A stretch of 58,173 nucleotides of DNA from a virus. Lineage: Duplodnaviria; Caudoviricetes. The position numbers and the translations under genes are program-made. A model generated the notes under the pieces. It did not search any database. It was not told the origin of the DNA and saw nothing but the letters and a program-made list of their open reading frames with translations. The stretch spans positions 1 to 58,173 of IMG/VR virus record IMGVR_UViG_3300027741_000073. One strand, given 5' to 3'. Shown piece by piece: positions 47,646-56,335 of the stretch (within the stretch, counting starts at the first letter, position 1; each line of letters begins with the position of its first letter).

Positions 47646-47660
47646 ATTCTTTGTGTATTA

Positions 47661-47689
47661 AGAGAACTTACTCCTAAGAGTAAGACTCT
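47661..47689. other. intergenic hairpin after the portal gene
   Basis: AGAG-AA-CTTACTC-CTAA-GAGTAAG-A-CTCT. Confidence 0.55.
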
Positions 47690-47694
47690 GTTTG

Positions 47695-49959
47695 TTAAGC
47701 TAATTGTTTAGCTGTTTCACTCATTTCAGCAGCTGGGCCGTTTACTTGCGGCATTAGCGCTCCACCTTGTGGGCGAGAAGCGTCTGCATGAATGTCACCA
47801 TCGATAAATCCTTTAGCGAGTGACAAGAGTTGTTTAATGTCTGGTTGTGGAGGAGGTTGTACACCTTCTTTAGCGGCTTGAATATAAATCTTGCCCCACT
47901 CTTGATATGATTTATCAAGAGCAACCATAAGTTGTTTTGTGTTGTCTTGCATTGCATTCTTAGTCTGTACGTTAGTAAGATCTAAGGTTGCTTGGCGCTG
48001 GCCTAGATCAAGCATTTTAGCTTGTTCTTCCATTTGTTTCTGTTTCTCTTGAGCTTGAATTTGTGCATTGCGATCAGCCAATGCCTTCTCTTTAAACTTA
48101 GGATCAGTGTAATCAACAAGGAAGTCTAATGGGTCTAAGTCTAGAGCCTCAAGAGTCTTACATGCGATATGTACTGCGGCTTCAGGATTAACTGCGCCAC
48201 CCGCTCCAGCAGACTGTAGAGCAGGGATTAACTGTTGACCAACCAGAGCCATCTTCTTAACAATGTTCTGATTTGAGTTCTCACCCACATCAACATCAAT
48301 GTATAACAAAAGGTTTGAAGGTAAAGTTCCTGGGTCAATAGACTTAAAGATATCGTTCTGATCGTAGTAGTGCATGGTTTTACCACGCATTTTGTCACGA
48401 AGAGTTTTATAGATACCCTCAATTAAACGTTTAAAGCCTGTTTCAGCAAACCTACGTGCCATGTATTGAATACGCACTTGAGCTGCAGACATAGCTCTGC
48501 TCATCTTCTCTTCACTGTTACCTGATACATAAAGAGTATCGTTAAGACCTTGAGCCGCTTTAGACATACCTGTTGCTTGCTCTTTATGAGTCTGCAATAT
48601 CTCAAGTAAAGGCACTGTACCTGTACTGATAGTGTCAGGAGCTAAAGGAGACACCGCATTCATTGGTGAACCGTTAGTAGCAATAATCTGTTTAGGCTTC
48701 ATGTTTTGAAGCGCACTAAAGTCTACTACATTAGGGTCAGCTAGTTTAGGAGAATAGTTCGTGAGATATACGTTCTCAACAAAGCCACGTAGAATAGCTG
48801 TAGTAGCTAATGTAGATGGACGAATCATGTCAGCAACTGATAAACCAAAGAATTCGTGAGGTACTTCAAAAGGACAAAGAGTCGCTAAGGGTACACAGTC
48901 ACAGTCTTCTTCTAAGAGAATAGTTGAGCCAGCAATAATGAAGTGTTTCATTTCAGCCAAACCATCTCCGTCTCTATCTACACGTAACCAACACTCGATA
49001 ACTGTTATCTGTCTGTTAGCTTCTGACGGGAATAACTCTCGTGAATTCCCCCCTAGCCAGTACTCTTCACCGACAAGACGCTTACGAGCAGCTTGTTCTT
49101 CTGTATACTTGGTTGCCCAATCATACGAACCATCGCCAATCGTATCCCAGTCAATGTTCTCTGCTATATCAGGGAAAAACTTTCTGATTTCAGATCGAGT
49201 CATATCAATCTGGATACCCACAAATGAAGCGTCATCTAGAGTATGTGCATCTCTAGTTATACGAAAACATTCTGGGTGTACATTCTTAATGTTAATACGG
49301 GTCTTATTATGCTTTCTACGTAGACGTACATTCTCATAGATTGTCTTGTAAAAGGAGTTACCCTGTTCATCTGTGTCTAACTCTTGTTTATATTTGAGTT
49401 CACCTAACACTTCAATGTCTTCTTCAGACAAAAGAATATCTAAGTTAGCTTGTTCAATCTCATCATACTCTTCAAAAGTATAGTCAAAGTCTTCAATAAA
49501 CTCCCACCGAATAATACTATTCTTCCATAGGAGAGCTGACTTAACCCAAGTATTTAAGATTTCCCACCCGTTATTCTGTTTAAATATAGAGTAGTTAACT
49601 AGGTCTGAGGCTACTTTTGCCTCATGAAAATTTTTAGGGGAGGATCCAGCGGGGATAAATCGGGCTAGCCTGTTGTTGTTAAACATCAATTCAGCTAAGA
49701 TAGCTGTGTAACCCTCAATAGCTTCTACAGTGTCTGAGGAAACAATCTGAGAAACACCCTGTGGAACTAAGTGGAACATAGGCATCATACCATACTCATA
49801 AGTAGCCTTCTGACGTTCACGAGCTAAGTCGCTACTATTCAAAAAGTCACCTACAGAGTTAGTAATACCTTGTTCAATCATTGCCAGTAGTTCATTATCG
49901 CCTACTGGCTCTTTATATCTATCAGGCTGGAAGTGCGGGATAGGTTGTTTATCGCTCAT
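47695..49959 (-). CDS. portal protein (P22-like)
   Basis: S.IVS.D..E.IE, ECW.R.D.DGDG.AE, P...PHEFFG.S.AD, E..TG.S...QG; start placed at MSDKQ. Confidence 0.88.
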   Translation of the reverse strand: MSDKQPIPHFQPDRYKEPVGDNELLAMIEQGITNSVGDFLNSSDLARERQKATYEYGMMPMFHLVPQGVSQIVSSDTVEAIEGYTAILAELMFNNNRLARFIPAGSSPKNFHEAKVASDLVNYSIFKQNNGWEILNTWVKSALLWKNSIIRWEFIEDFDYTFEEYDEIEQANLDILLSEEDIEVLGELKYKQELDTDEQGNSFYKTIYENVRLRRKHNKTRINIKNVHPECFRITRDAHTLDDASFVGIQIDMTRSEIRKFFPDIAENIDWDTIGDGSYDWATKYTEEQAARKRLVGEEYWLGGNSRELFPSEANRQITVIECWLRVDRDGDGLAEMKHFIIAGSTILLEEDCDCVPLATLCPFEVPHEFFGLSVADMIRPSTLATTAILRGFVENVYLTNYSPKLADPNVVDFSALQNMKPKQIIATNGSPMNAVSPLAPDTISTGTVPLLEILQTHKEQATGMSKAAQGLNDTLYVSGNSEEKMSRAMSAAQVRIQYMARRFAETGFKRLIEGIYKTLRDKMRGKTMHYYDQNDIFKSIDPGTLPSNLLLYIDVDVGENSNQNIVKKMALVGQQLIPALQSAGAGGAVNPEAAVHIACKTLEALDLDPLDFLVDYTDPKFKEKALADRNAQIQAQEKQKQMEEQAKMLDLGQRQATLDLTNVQTKNAMQDNTKQLMVALDKSYQEWGKIYIQAAKEGVQPPPQPDIKQLLSLAKGFIDGDIHADASRPQGGALMPQVNGPAAEMSETAKQLA

Positions 49960-50078
49960 TGTAAACCTTTCTTGGGTTGTACATTCAATCAATCAAAGGT
50001 CTACAATGACCTGTTATTAGTGCTACTACTATCATCCCTGCCATGAGTAGCCAACGGATAGGACACAAGGGATATTCT

Positions 50079-50234
50079 TTACTTTTGTGGTTGACTACGA
50101 ATAGCCAAGTTCACGTTATCCTGAAACTCTTTAACCTTTTCTTTTTGGTTAATGAGTTTACCTTGTGGTGTTGGTTTAACAAAAGAACCCATTTGTTTCT
50201 TTTCTTTTTCCGTTAATCTTAAATCTATTGCCAT
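50079..50234 (-). CDS. small basic protein (51 aa)
   Basis: Read by hand: MAIDLRLTEKEKK... Confidence 0.5.
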   Translation of the reverse strand: MAIDLRLTEKEKKQMGSFVKPTPQGKLINQKEKVKEFQDNVNLAIRSQPQK

Positions 50235-50240
50235 ATATGT

Positions 50241-50501
50241 TTACCATTTAACCTTATTAGCCCAGTATGCCGCAGACAAAGGTCCCTTAGCTATATTGGC
50301 TGCATGTCTTGCTTTAAAGGCTTCATTCCGCTTTGACCCATCAGGGCTACCTACAACACCTTGAGCACCAAAGCGAATAGTCTTAATGGTGTCTCCACTC
50401 TTAGCCACAACAATGTGACTCTTAGTAGGATGGTTGGGAGTTCTTTTTGGCTTATTAAAACCAGACACCCCAGCTCTTTTTAGTCTAGGATCTTTTTCCA
50501 T
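50241..50501 (-). CDS. conserved small basic phage protein
   Basis: RAGVSGFNKPKRTPNHPTKSH...IRFG.QG...FKARH...SAAYWANKVKW. Confidence 0.8.
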   Translation of the reverse strand: MEKDPRLKRAGVSGFNKPKRTPNHPTKSHIVVAKSGDTIKTIRFGAQGVVGSPDGSKRNEAFKARHAANIAKGPLSAAYWANKVKW

Positions 50502-50653
50502 TACTTACCCTTCTTAACTGTCTTAGCAGAGTCTTTAAATGCTTTGCTGGAGGGCGCACCCTTGGTTCCTGGCTTTCTCATTTTCTCACCAGAACCTTTC
50601 TTGATGCGCTCTTTCTTAGCATGGATGTTATCGTACAATCCTTGCTTAGCCAT
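50501..50653 (-). CDS. small basic phage protein (50 aa)
   Basis: Read by hand: MAKQGLYDNIHAKKERIKKGSGEKMRKPG.KGAP...; TAATG coupling. Confidence 0.7.
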   Translation of the reverse strand: MAKQGLYDNIHAKKERIKKGSGEKMRKPGTKGAPSSKAFKDSAKTVKKGK

Positions 50654-50655
50654 GT

Positions 50656-51402
50656 TTATCCTTCAATAGCAATAATGTTTGCAGACTCTAAGACAACAAA
50701 GTCAGTAGCAGTACCTAAATTGTTAGTAACAACAATATCAAAGTCACTGTTAGTATCAACAGTTGGATACAAAGATGCAGTAGCAGATGAACCATGACCT
50801 AAAGCAGCTAAAGGATTAGCTACTTGGCGTGCAGTTGAACCACGGTTAACAATTTGTTTATCAATAACAGTTGAAGTGTTACTAGACAAACTAGCAGAGT
50901 GAATATCTGTTCCACCAAAAGTAACTTTAACTGTTTTAGTATTAGCAGTAGCATTAGTAGTAAAGAGCAAATGATAATTTACTTCACCTGATGGACCCAT
51001 TAGTCCACCTGGAACTGTAGTACGTAACATAACTAAGTCAGAAGAAGTAGTTTGAGTATAACCTGAATTGCTACCTACTACTGCAACTAATGTCTCAGTA
51101 GGAACAAAGGCTTCAAAGGGTGAAGCAGGAACAACACTAGTCTGATACACAGTACCAGCTGTAGTTGAACTCATTACTACCCAAAATAAACCAGCAGCAA
51201 CAGTTCCAGCAAAAGCAGTAGCAGGGAAGTACATCCAAGCACCGCCAGAATAAGTTGTAGGAAGAGCTGTAGTTAAAGTAACAGTACCTGCTGTGGCAAT
51301 AGTACCGCTTGAAGGGATAACAACAGGAACGCCTGTTGAAGCTAATGCTGATAGTGTGTAAGGGTCACTCTTATAAGTTGAACCGAGTCTAATTTGTGCC
51401 AT
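50656..51402 (-). CDS. putative virion structural protein
   Basis: Thr/Ser/Ala/Val-rich beta-type sequence; strong AAGGA RBS. Confidence 0.6.
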   Translation of the reverse strand: MAQIRLGSTYKSDPYTLSALASTGVPVVIPSSGTIATAGTVTLTTALPTTYSGGAWMYFPATAFAGTVAAGLFWVVMSSTTAGTVYQTSVVPASPFEAFVPTETLVAVVGSNSGYTQTTSSDLVMLRTTVPGGLMGPSGEVNYHLLFTTNATANTKTVKVTFGGTDIHSASLSSNTSTVIDKQIVNRGSTARQVANPLAALGHGSSATASLYPTVDTNSDFDIVVTNNLGTATDFVVLESANIIAIEG

Positions 51403-51417
51403 GTTAATTCCTTTTAT

Positions 51418-53061
51418 TTAAATCCATGTGGTTTCTGATTGTTGAAAGTTCCCTATCTTTTGTGTAAAAGGAACATTATTTGTTGTTAGCCTATCTCCGT
51501 GTGTCCTTATTACTTCTAGGGCTATAGCTAAAGCAATAACTGTATCATCATTATGACCTACAATAGCATTAGTACGACCTGAGTCATCCGCTATATAATT
51601 CATTAATTCCCCTATGACTATCCTTGAGGGGATCCATATTTCTTCTTGTTCAATGGCATTCTTTAAAAATCCAATAATGGCTGGCTTAGAGGACGTTGTT
51701 GTTCTCCAACCTATACGGCTACCTTCTTCTTTAGAGACGTTAGCCATCTTAGTCTGATAGTACATATTAACATAACCCATTTGGATTAGTCTATTTAATG
51801 TAGCTATACCCATCGAGTTTGACTCTACAGCTAGGAGAGCATTGTTGTAATAGCGACCGAGATAAAACAAAAGATCACCAAACTTAGAGGGATCAATATG
51901 ATTGTTTCTGTATACTGCACAAATTTCTCTATTTTTATTTATAACAATAGCTGCAGAGTGGTCTTTACCTACACCCAGACTTACGTCAGCACCTATCGCA
52001 AAGGCATCCTCAAAGGTAGGATACTTAAAGATCTCTATAGAACCATTCCTCACATCCTCCATCATTTGACTCTCAAAGTTAAATTCTCTTTGAGCTAGGA
52101 TGGGTTGAGGAATTAAAGCTGAGAGCTTCTCTATGTTAAATACATTAGACCCTGAAACAATAAATGCTTCTTCAGGAGTCGCGGGGTACTCTTGTTTAAA
52201 CTTATCTAGACCACCCTCGGCAATCTTAAGCCTTCTCCAATACAGTTGATCATCATCCAACTTAAATCGGGTAACAAGAACTTCTTCTTCATCCGTTCTT
52301 TCAAAACTAGGAGGAGCCTTACGCCTATACTCAGACATAAGAAACCAAGGAACAAAGATAGGGATATATTCATTAGAACCATCTACTGCTCCCTTCCAAA
52401 GTCTGTGAAAACTATTTCCTACACCGTTAGCTGTACTCTCGAGAATAACCTCGGTGCCATCTGCCTGAGAGATTCCTTGAAAGAGTCCAGCAAGAATCTT
52501 TTCATCATGTAACCAAAAAGCTACTTCTGACAAATGAGCTATTGTTGGAGTAATACCCCTACCCGCTTCTGGAGAACCAGCCGTATACAGCCTGTATCCT
52601 GAGTCGTTATGCTCAAACATAATCTCTTTTGCGTTAGACTTCTTAAGTTCAGGTCTGAACTGCTCAGGCATATTCGCAATAATATTTCTTGACATTGTGA
52701 AGAGAGCGTCTGAGGTAGCACTATCATGCGCCATAACTACAGACTTATTGTACTTGTTAAAGTAACTCTTCCAGAATACCCTTGAAGCAGAATACGTAGA
52801 TAAACCCATTTGACGGGCTTTAAGAATGATAACCCGGACTTTACCAGTCTCTTTTAACTGAGCCTCAATAGCATCATTCACAATATGTTGGGCTTCATTG
52901 AAAACAAAAGGTTTAAACCCCTCTCGGGAGTCTTTGGGAAGAATTAAGATCTGTTCTCGAGCAAATGTCTCAAAGTCACTTGAGTATTCTTTTTCTTTTT
53001 CTCTACGCTTAAGTTCTCTTAACGCTTCCAGCCTCTGTGCGTTACTAATTTTTGTGTCCAT
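51418..53061 (-). CDS. terL: terminase large subunit
   Basis: ILKARQMGLST, HLSEVAFW, ESTANG, GADVSLG, VESN, HNDDTVIA. Confidence 0.93.
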   Translation of the reverse strand: MDTKISNAQRLEALRELKRREKEKEYSSDFETFAREQILILPKDSREGFKPFVFNEAQHIVNDAIEAQLKETGKVRVIILKARQMGLSTYSASRVFWKSYFNKYNKSVVMAHDSATSDALFTMSRNIIANMPEQFRPELKKSNAKEIMFEHNDSGYRLYTAGSPEAGRGITPTIAHLSEVAFWLHDEKILAGLFQGISQADGTEVILESTANGVGNSFHRLWKGAVDGSNEYIPIFVPWFLMSEYRRKAPPSFERTDEEEVLVTRFKLDDDQLYWRRLKIAEGGLDKFKQEYPATPEEAFIVSGSNVFNIEKLSALIPQPILAQREFNFESQMMEDVRNGSIEIFKYPTFEDAFAIGADVSLGVGKDHSAAIVINKNREICAVYRNNHIDPSKFGDLLFYLGRYYNNALLAVESNSMGIATLNRLIQMGYVNMYYQTKMANVSKEEGSRIGWRTTTSSKPAIIGFLKNAIEQEEIWIPSRIVIGELMNYIADDSGRTNAIVGHNDDTVIALAIALEVIRTHGDRLTTNNVPFTQKIGNFQQSETTWI

Positions 53062-53083
53062 TATTTTCTCTTAAATGTTTTTT

Positions 53084-53100
53084 CCTAATAGGAACCGACT
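53084..53100 (-). promoter_or_regulatory. putative phage RNAP promoter (AGTCGGTTCCTATTAGG) at the head of the late arm
   Basis: 14/16 match to the consensus, about 22 nt upstream of terL. Confidence 0.6.
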
Positions 53101-53347
53101 AGTAATACTATGTTTAATATTTTAAAATGTAATATTTTGGATTATGTCTGGGGGAAAGTCTGGTAGGAAAAGTCTATGGGTAAGGTTTCTTTGTGTGTGA
53201 AAAAGAATCATAGGTTTGCTGATTACCCCCTGTTGTCGTTCGTGACCCCCCTGTGTCGTGTTCGTTGCCTGTGTGGTGTCGCTCCTGTCAGCTGCGCTGT
53301 GGCGCTGGTGCTGCTGGCTTCCTTTGTTTGCGCTTTTGGAGTCTGCT

Positions 53348-53572
53348 ATGTCTGTTCCTTCTTCTCTTGCTAACTCTGTTGGTTACGAGGTCTTTGCTGT
53401 CTCTGCCTCTGGTGCTGAGGTGTTTGTTGCTGCCTTTGTTGATTCGTCTCTTGCTGAGGCGTATGCTGTCTGGCGCAATGCCTCTGATCCTGCTAACGAC
53501 TACCGTGTTTGGGCTGACTATTGCCCTGTGTCTGACCCCTACTCTGAGTATGTTGCACTCATTACTGGTTAA
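53348..53572 (+). CDS. first early protein (74 aa, acidic, A-poor coding sequence)
   Basis: GGAG RBS; ATG at 53348; third codon positions almost never A. Confidence 0.7.
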   Translation: MSVPSSLANSVGYEVFAVSASGAEVFVAAFVDSSLAEAYAVWRNASDPANDYRVWADYCPVSDPYSEYVALITG

Positions 53573-53598
53573 GAACCTTGCCTGAAGGCTTTGGCCTT

Positions 53599-53621
53599 TG
53601 GACAGCGCTCTTGCTGTGTTG
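53599..53621 (+). promoter_or_regulatory. 23-nt early repeat, copy 1 (TGGACAGCGCTCTTGCTGTGTTG)
   Basis: Identical to 53840-53862; lies just before an RBS. Confidence 0.7.
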
Positions 53622-53641
53622 CATGTACTAAGGAGATTATC

Positions 53642-53806
53642 ATGCGTTCTGTTCTCTTGTTTGTTTGTTTACGTCGTGGTTACATGTTGTCTCACTCACC
53701 TGTGTGTGGGTTCTGGATGACTACGTTTCACGGTTGTACTGCTTACGCTAATGACTTGTCATTACGTGACCTGTTCTTAGTAGCTACTCAACCTAAAAAT
53801 TATTAA
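53642..53806 (+). CDS. early hypothetical protein (54 aa)
   Basis: AAGGAG RBS. Confidence 0.6.
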   Translation: MRSVLLFVCLRRGYMLSHSPVCGFWMTTFHGCTAYANDLSLRDLFLVATQPKNY

Positions 53807-53839
53807 GTTTTTTGTCTGTTGGGGTCTATTAGACCTCAA

Positions 53840-53862
53840 TGGACAGCGCTCTTGCTGTGTTG
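53840..53862 (+). promoter_or_regulatory. 23-nt early repeat, copy 2
   Basis: Identical to 53599-53621. Confidence 0.7.
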
Positions 53863-53883
53863 TTCATATCTAAAGGGAATCAA

Positions 53884-54078
53884 ATGAACATAATCAAACA
53901 CTTGATCTTCGGATCAATATGGTCATTCTCACTAGTGTACACACTTGGTGAGATTGAGGGTGGCAACTGTGACTTGATACTAGGAGTAGCAATATTCCTA
54001 TGTGGAGTCATGGCTTGTTCACAGTTAGCAATAGCATTATTTGAAGCAGAGGAAATCATATGCAACAAGTTAGGCTAG
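53884..54078 (+). CDS. early two-TM membrane protein
   Basis: AAGGGA RBS; two hydrophobic helices. Confidence 0.6.
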   Translation: MNIIKHLIFGSIWSFSLVYTLGEIEGGNCDLILGVAIFLCGVMACSQLAIALFEAEEIICNKLG

Positions 54079-54212
54079 AAGACTTCAATGAAGTCCAAAG
54101 AGAGTTTTTCGAGGAACGTGCTGGTATCAAAGAGTACGAAGCTAATATGCCGAGAGTATTAGCCGAAGAACAAGCGTTTGAAGAGACCTTAGCGTTCTTC
54201 AATCTAAAGTAA
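54060..54212 (+). CDS. small early protein (50 aa)
   Basis: Read by hand; FEERAGIKEY...R..AE..A pattern; GAGGA RBS. Confidence 0.6.
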   Translation: MQQVRLEDFNEVQREFFEERAGIKEYEANMPRVLAEEQAFEETLAFFNLK

Positions 54213-54298
54213 TCATTGCTCTTCTCGGGTAGATAACGGAGAGACCACTTGGGGTATGTACCAAGACATTCATCAACGCCATTTCTAAGGAGATACAC

Positions 54299-54625
54299 AT
54301 GGCTAAATTCGTTCCTTCCTTTAAAGTTGAGCCACGTGCTCAAGTCTCATTCTCTACGAACAATCCATTTGGTCGTGATCGTGAGTCTGTTCCTGTTATC
54401 ATTGAGGTGCTTGCATACAATGCTGACATTCGTACTATTGAAGCCACTGGTTCTGATGGTCGTAAGCGTCAATGTCGTATTGATCGTTTCAGTGATGACA
54501 AACTCTTGAAGCAGTTAACATCTGACCTCCAAGCTGCCTATAACACAGGTACTGAGGTAGTCTTTGTTGCTGCTGGTGGTAACGATCCTAACGTATGGTT
54601 CTATAATGTTATCATTGTAGGCTAA
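54299..54625 (+). CDS. early hypothetical protein
   Basis: TAAGGAG RBS; strongly biased codons. Confidence 0.75.
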   Translation: MAKFVPSFKVEPRAQVSFSTNNPFGRDRESVPVIIEVLAYNADIRTIEATGSDGRKRQCRIDRFSDDKLLKQLTSDLQAAYNTGTEVVFVAAGGNDPNVWFYNVIIVG

Positions 54626-54712
54626 GTTAACCTTACCTGTAGACCTTTTTAACGAGAGGTCTATGGGTATGGCAATCCCGCTATACACAACAGTCATATT
54701 CAAGGAGAAACA

Positions 54713-54964
54713 ATGACTAGATACCTGCTATTAAACCCTCTGACACCAGAGTCCTTTAGCTTATCTACCTTTGACGAGATAGAAGAAGCACTAGAGGAAT
54801 TCGGGTGTAAAATGATTCTATCATTAAACACAGAAACACAAGTCATAGGCTTTGCATATGCCACAAGCAAGCAAGCCTTAGAGAACCTCTGCACAACAGT
54901 CTCTCTAGACGGTGTAATGGTAGAATACACAGCCACATACGACCAAGTAGTGAGGCTAGGATGA
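54713..54964 (+). CDS. early hypothetical protein
   Basis: AAGGAG RBS. Confidence 0.7.
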   Translation: MTRYLLLNPLTPESFSLSTFDEIEEALEEFGCKMILSLNTETQVIGFAYATSKQALENLCTTVSLDGVMVEYTATYDQVVRLG

Positions 54965-55209
54965 TACTAAACAAACACAGAACACAGTTTAACTTAGAGA
55001 TGACACAAGATGAGCTTAAAAGACTCATATCTACCATAGAAGGCTATCAAGAGATAGTCCTAAACTCGGATATTGTAGACGAATTAACAGAAACAGTAAC
55101 ATTCTTAAGGAATTCTCTTTATGAACTCACCCGATTTAAACGCTATGCAGAAGCAGAACACAAGTATCTGGCAGAAGAGGAAGCAAAGGCAGATGCAAGG
55201 ATCACTTAA
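54961..55209 (+). CDS. early hypothetical protein
   Basis: ATGA coupling. Confidence 0.7.
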   Translation: MILNKHRTQFNLEMTQDELKRLISTIEGYQEIVLNSDIVDELTETVTFLRNSLYELTRFKRYAEAEHKYLAEEEAKADARIT

Positions 55210-55460
55210 GGTGACAAAAAGGTACCATCACATGGGTACCCCTATCACTACCTACCAACGACGCCTACTAGATGACAAACTAATGGGCTGATATGTTACC
55301 TGAAGACTAATCTTAGGAGAGGTTAGCTCAGGAACAAGCGAGAGATAGGGTCGTAAAGAGTGTTTTGAGGGGGGTCTGTAAGCCAAAGGTTACATTCCCA
55401 CCAGACACTCTCTTACGACACTCTTTCGTGACAAACTCACGACAAACTCATGACACTTTA
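55210..55460 (+). other. structured non-coding region (hairpins plus GACA repeats)
   Basis: No sizeable ORF; three hairpins; GACA-initiated repeats at 11-13 nt spacing. Confidence 0.5.
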
Positions 55461-55474
55461 ACAAAGGAAATCAT

Positions 55475-55657
55475 ATGTCAGAATCAAATAGTCTAATCGC
55501 AGTAAACATGATACTCCAAGCAGTAAGAAAAATCTACGATGAACTCCCAGAAGACAGCCCACTCAAGAATCACATAGCACTGTACCACAACAAAATTGTC
55601 TATGATGATGAACTTGAAGAGCTTATCTTTTTCTTACCACGCAACAAAAACATATAA
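55475..55657 (+). CDS. hypothetical protein
   Basis: AAAGGA RBS. Confidence 0.65.
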   Translation: MSESNSLIAVNMILQAVRKIYDELPEDSPLKNHIALYHNKIVYDDELEELIFFLPRNKNI

Positions 55658-55677
55658 TAATTTAACAAAGGAAATAC

Positions 55678-55998
55678 ATGGCACATCTTAAAGACTTCGG
55701 TACAAGAGGATTTGATATCAACATTGCTAAAGCATATCTCAAAGGAAGAGCTATAGAGTTCTCTAAAGCACCCTTCGTTAGTTGGTCTCCAGTGATACCC
55801 TATAGCGAGCCTGATGATATAATAAGGATCTCTAATGAAGACTACGTATTCAGACTAGGTGAAGCGTCAGTTACGTTATGTGTATCCTACGACCATTCTA
55901 CAGGATTTCCCTATGTAGATGATAGTGACTTTGCTGTACATAACATAAGAATCCTGTTCGATGAACATGGTAATCCTGACTCTATGGAGCGTATCTAA
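55678..55998 (+). CDS. hypothetical protein
   Basis: AAAGGA RBS. Confidence 0.7.
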   Translation: MAHLKDFGTRGFDINIAKAYLKGRAIEFSKAPFVSWSPVIPYSEPDDIIRISNEDYVFRLGEASVTLCVSYDHSTGFPYVDDSDFAVHNIRILFDEHGNPDSMERI

Positions 55999-56183
55999 TG
56001 GAATGGTACTATATGATTCTCATCTTCCTCGCTGTTATGATAGTATTTAAAATCTACTATATAACAGTCCAAGAAAAGCGTAGTCTAGAAATAGAAGACA
56101 GTCGTAACAAAGATAAAGATAAAGAACTAAATGACATTATCACTAAACAAGAAGCCAAACGAACCAGCAAAAGAAATCTATGA
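55998..56183 (+). CDS. small membrane-anchored protein
   Basis: TAATG coupling; N-terminal TM helix. Confidence 0.6.
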   Translation: MEWYYMILIFLAVMIVFKIYYITVQEKRSLEIEDSRNKDKDKELNDIITKQEAKRTSKRNL

Positions 56184-56322
56184 TGCGCTCATAAAGCGTA
56201 TCAAGGTGAAGATAGGATTAGATACAAGAATTGTATTTGATCCTACTACAGGGATCCAGAAGTGTTTTCTTCACGGAAAGCTAATCTGGGTCAAACATGT
56301 AAGAGGTGTAAATAAACCATAA
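56131..56322 (+). CDS. hypothetical protein
   Basis: ORF; start uncertain. Confidence 0.5.
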   Translation: MTLSLNKKPNEPAKEIYDALIKRIKVKIGLDTRIVFDPTTGIQKCFLHGKLIWVKHVRGVNKP

Positions 56323-56335
56323 CTGAAAGGTTAAT

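Noticed and set aside
53176-53585. Long alternative ORFs 53176-53373 and 53253-53585, and the 5' extension from 53258
   Set aside because: All stop codons contain A, so an A-poor tract leaves every frame open; only the ATG at 53348 has an RBS and codon bias
53599-53862. CRISPR mini-array from the 23-nt repeat
   Set aside because: Only two copies, 218 nt apart, separated by a coding gene; no cas genes
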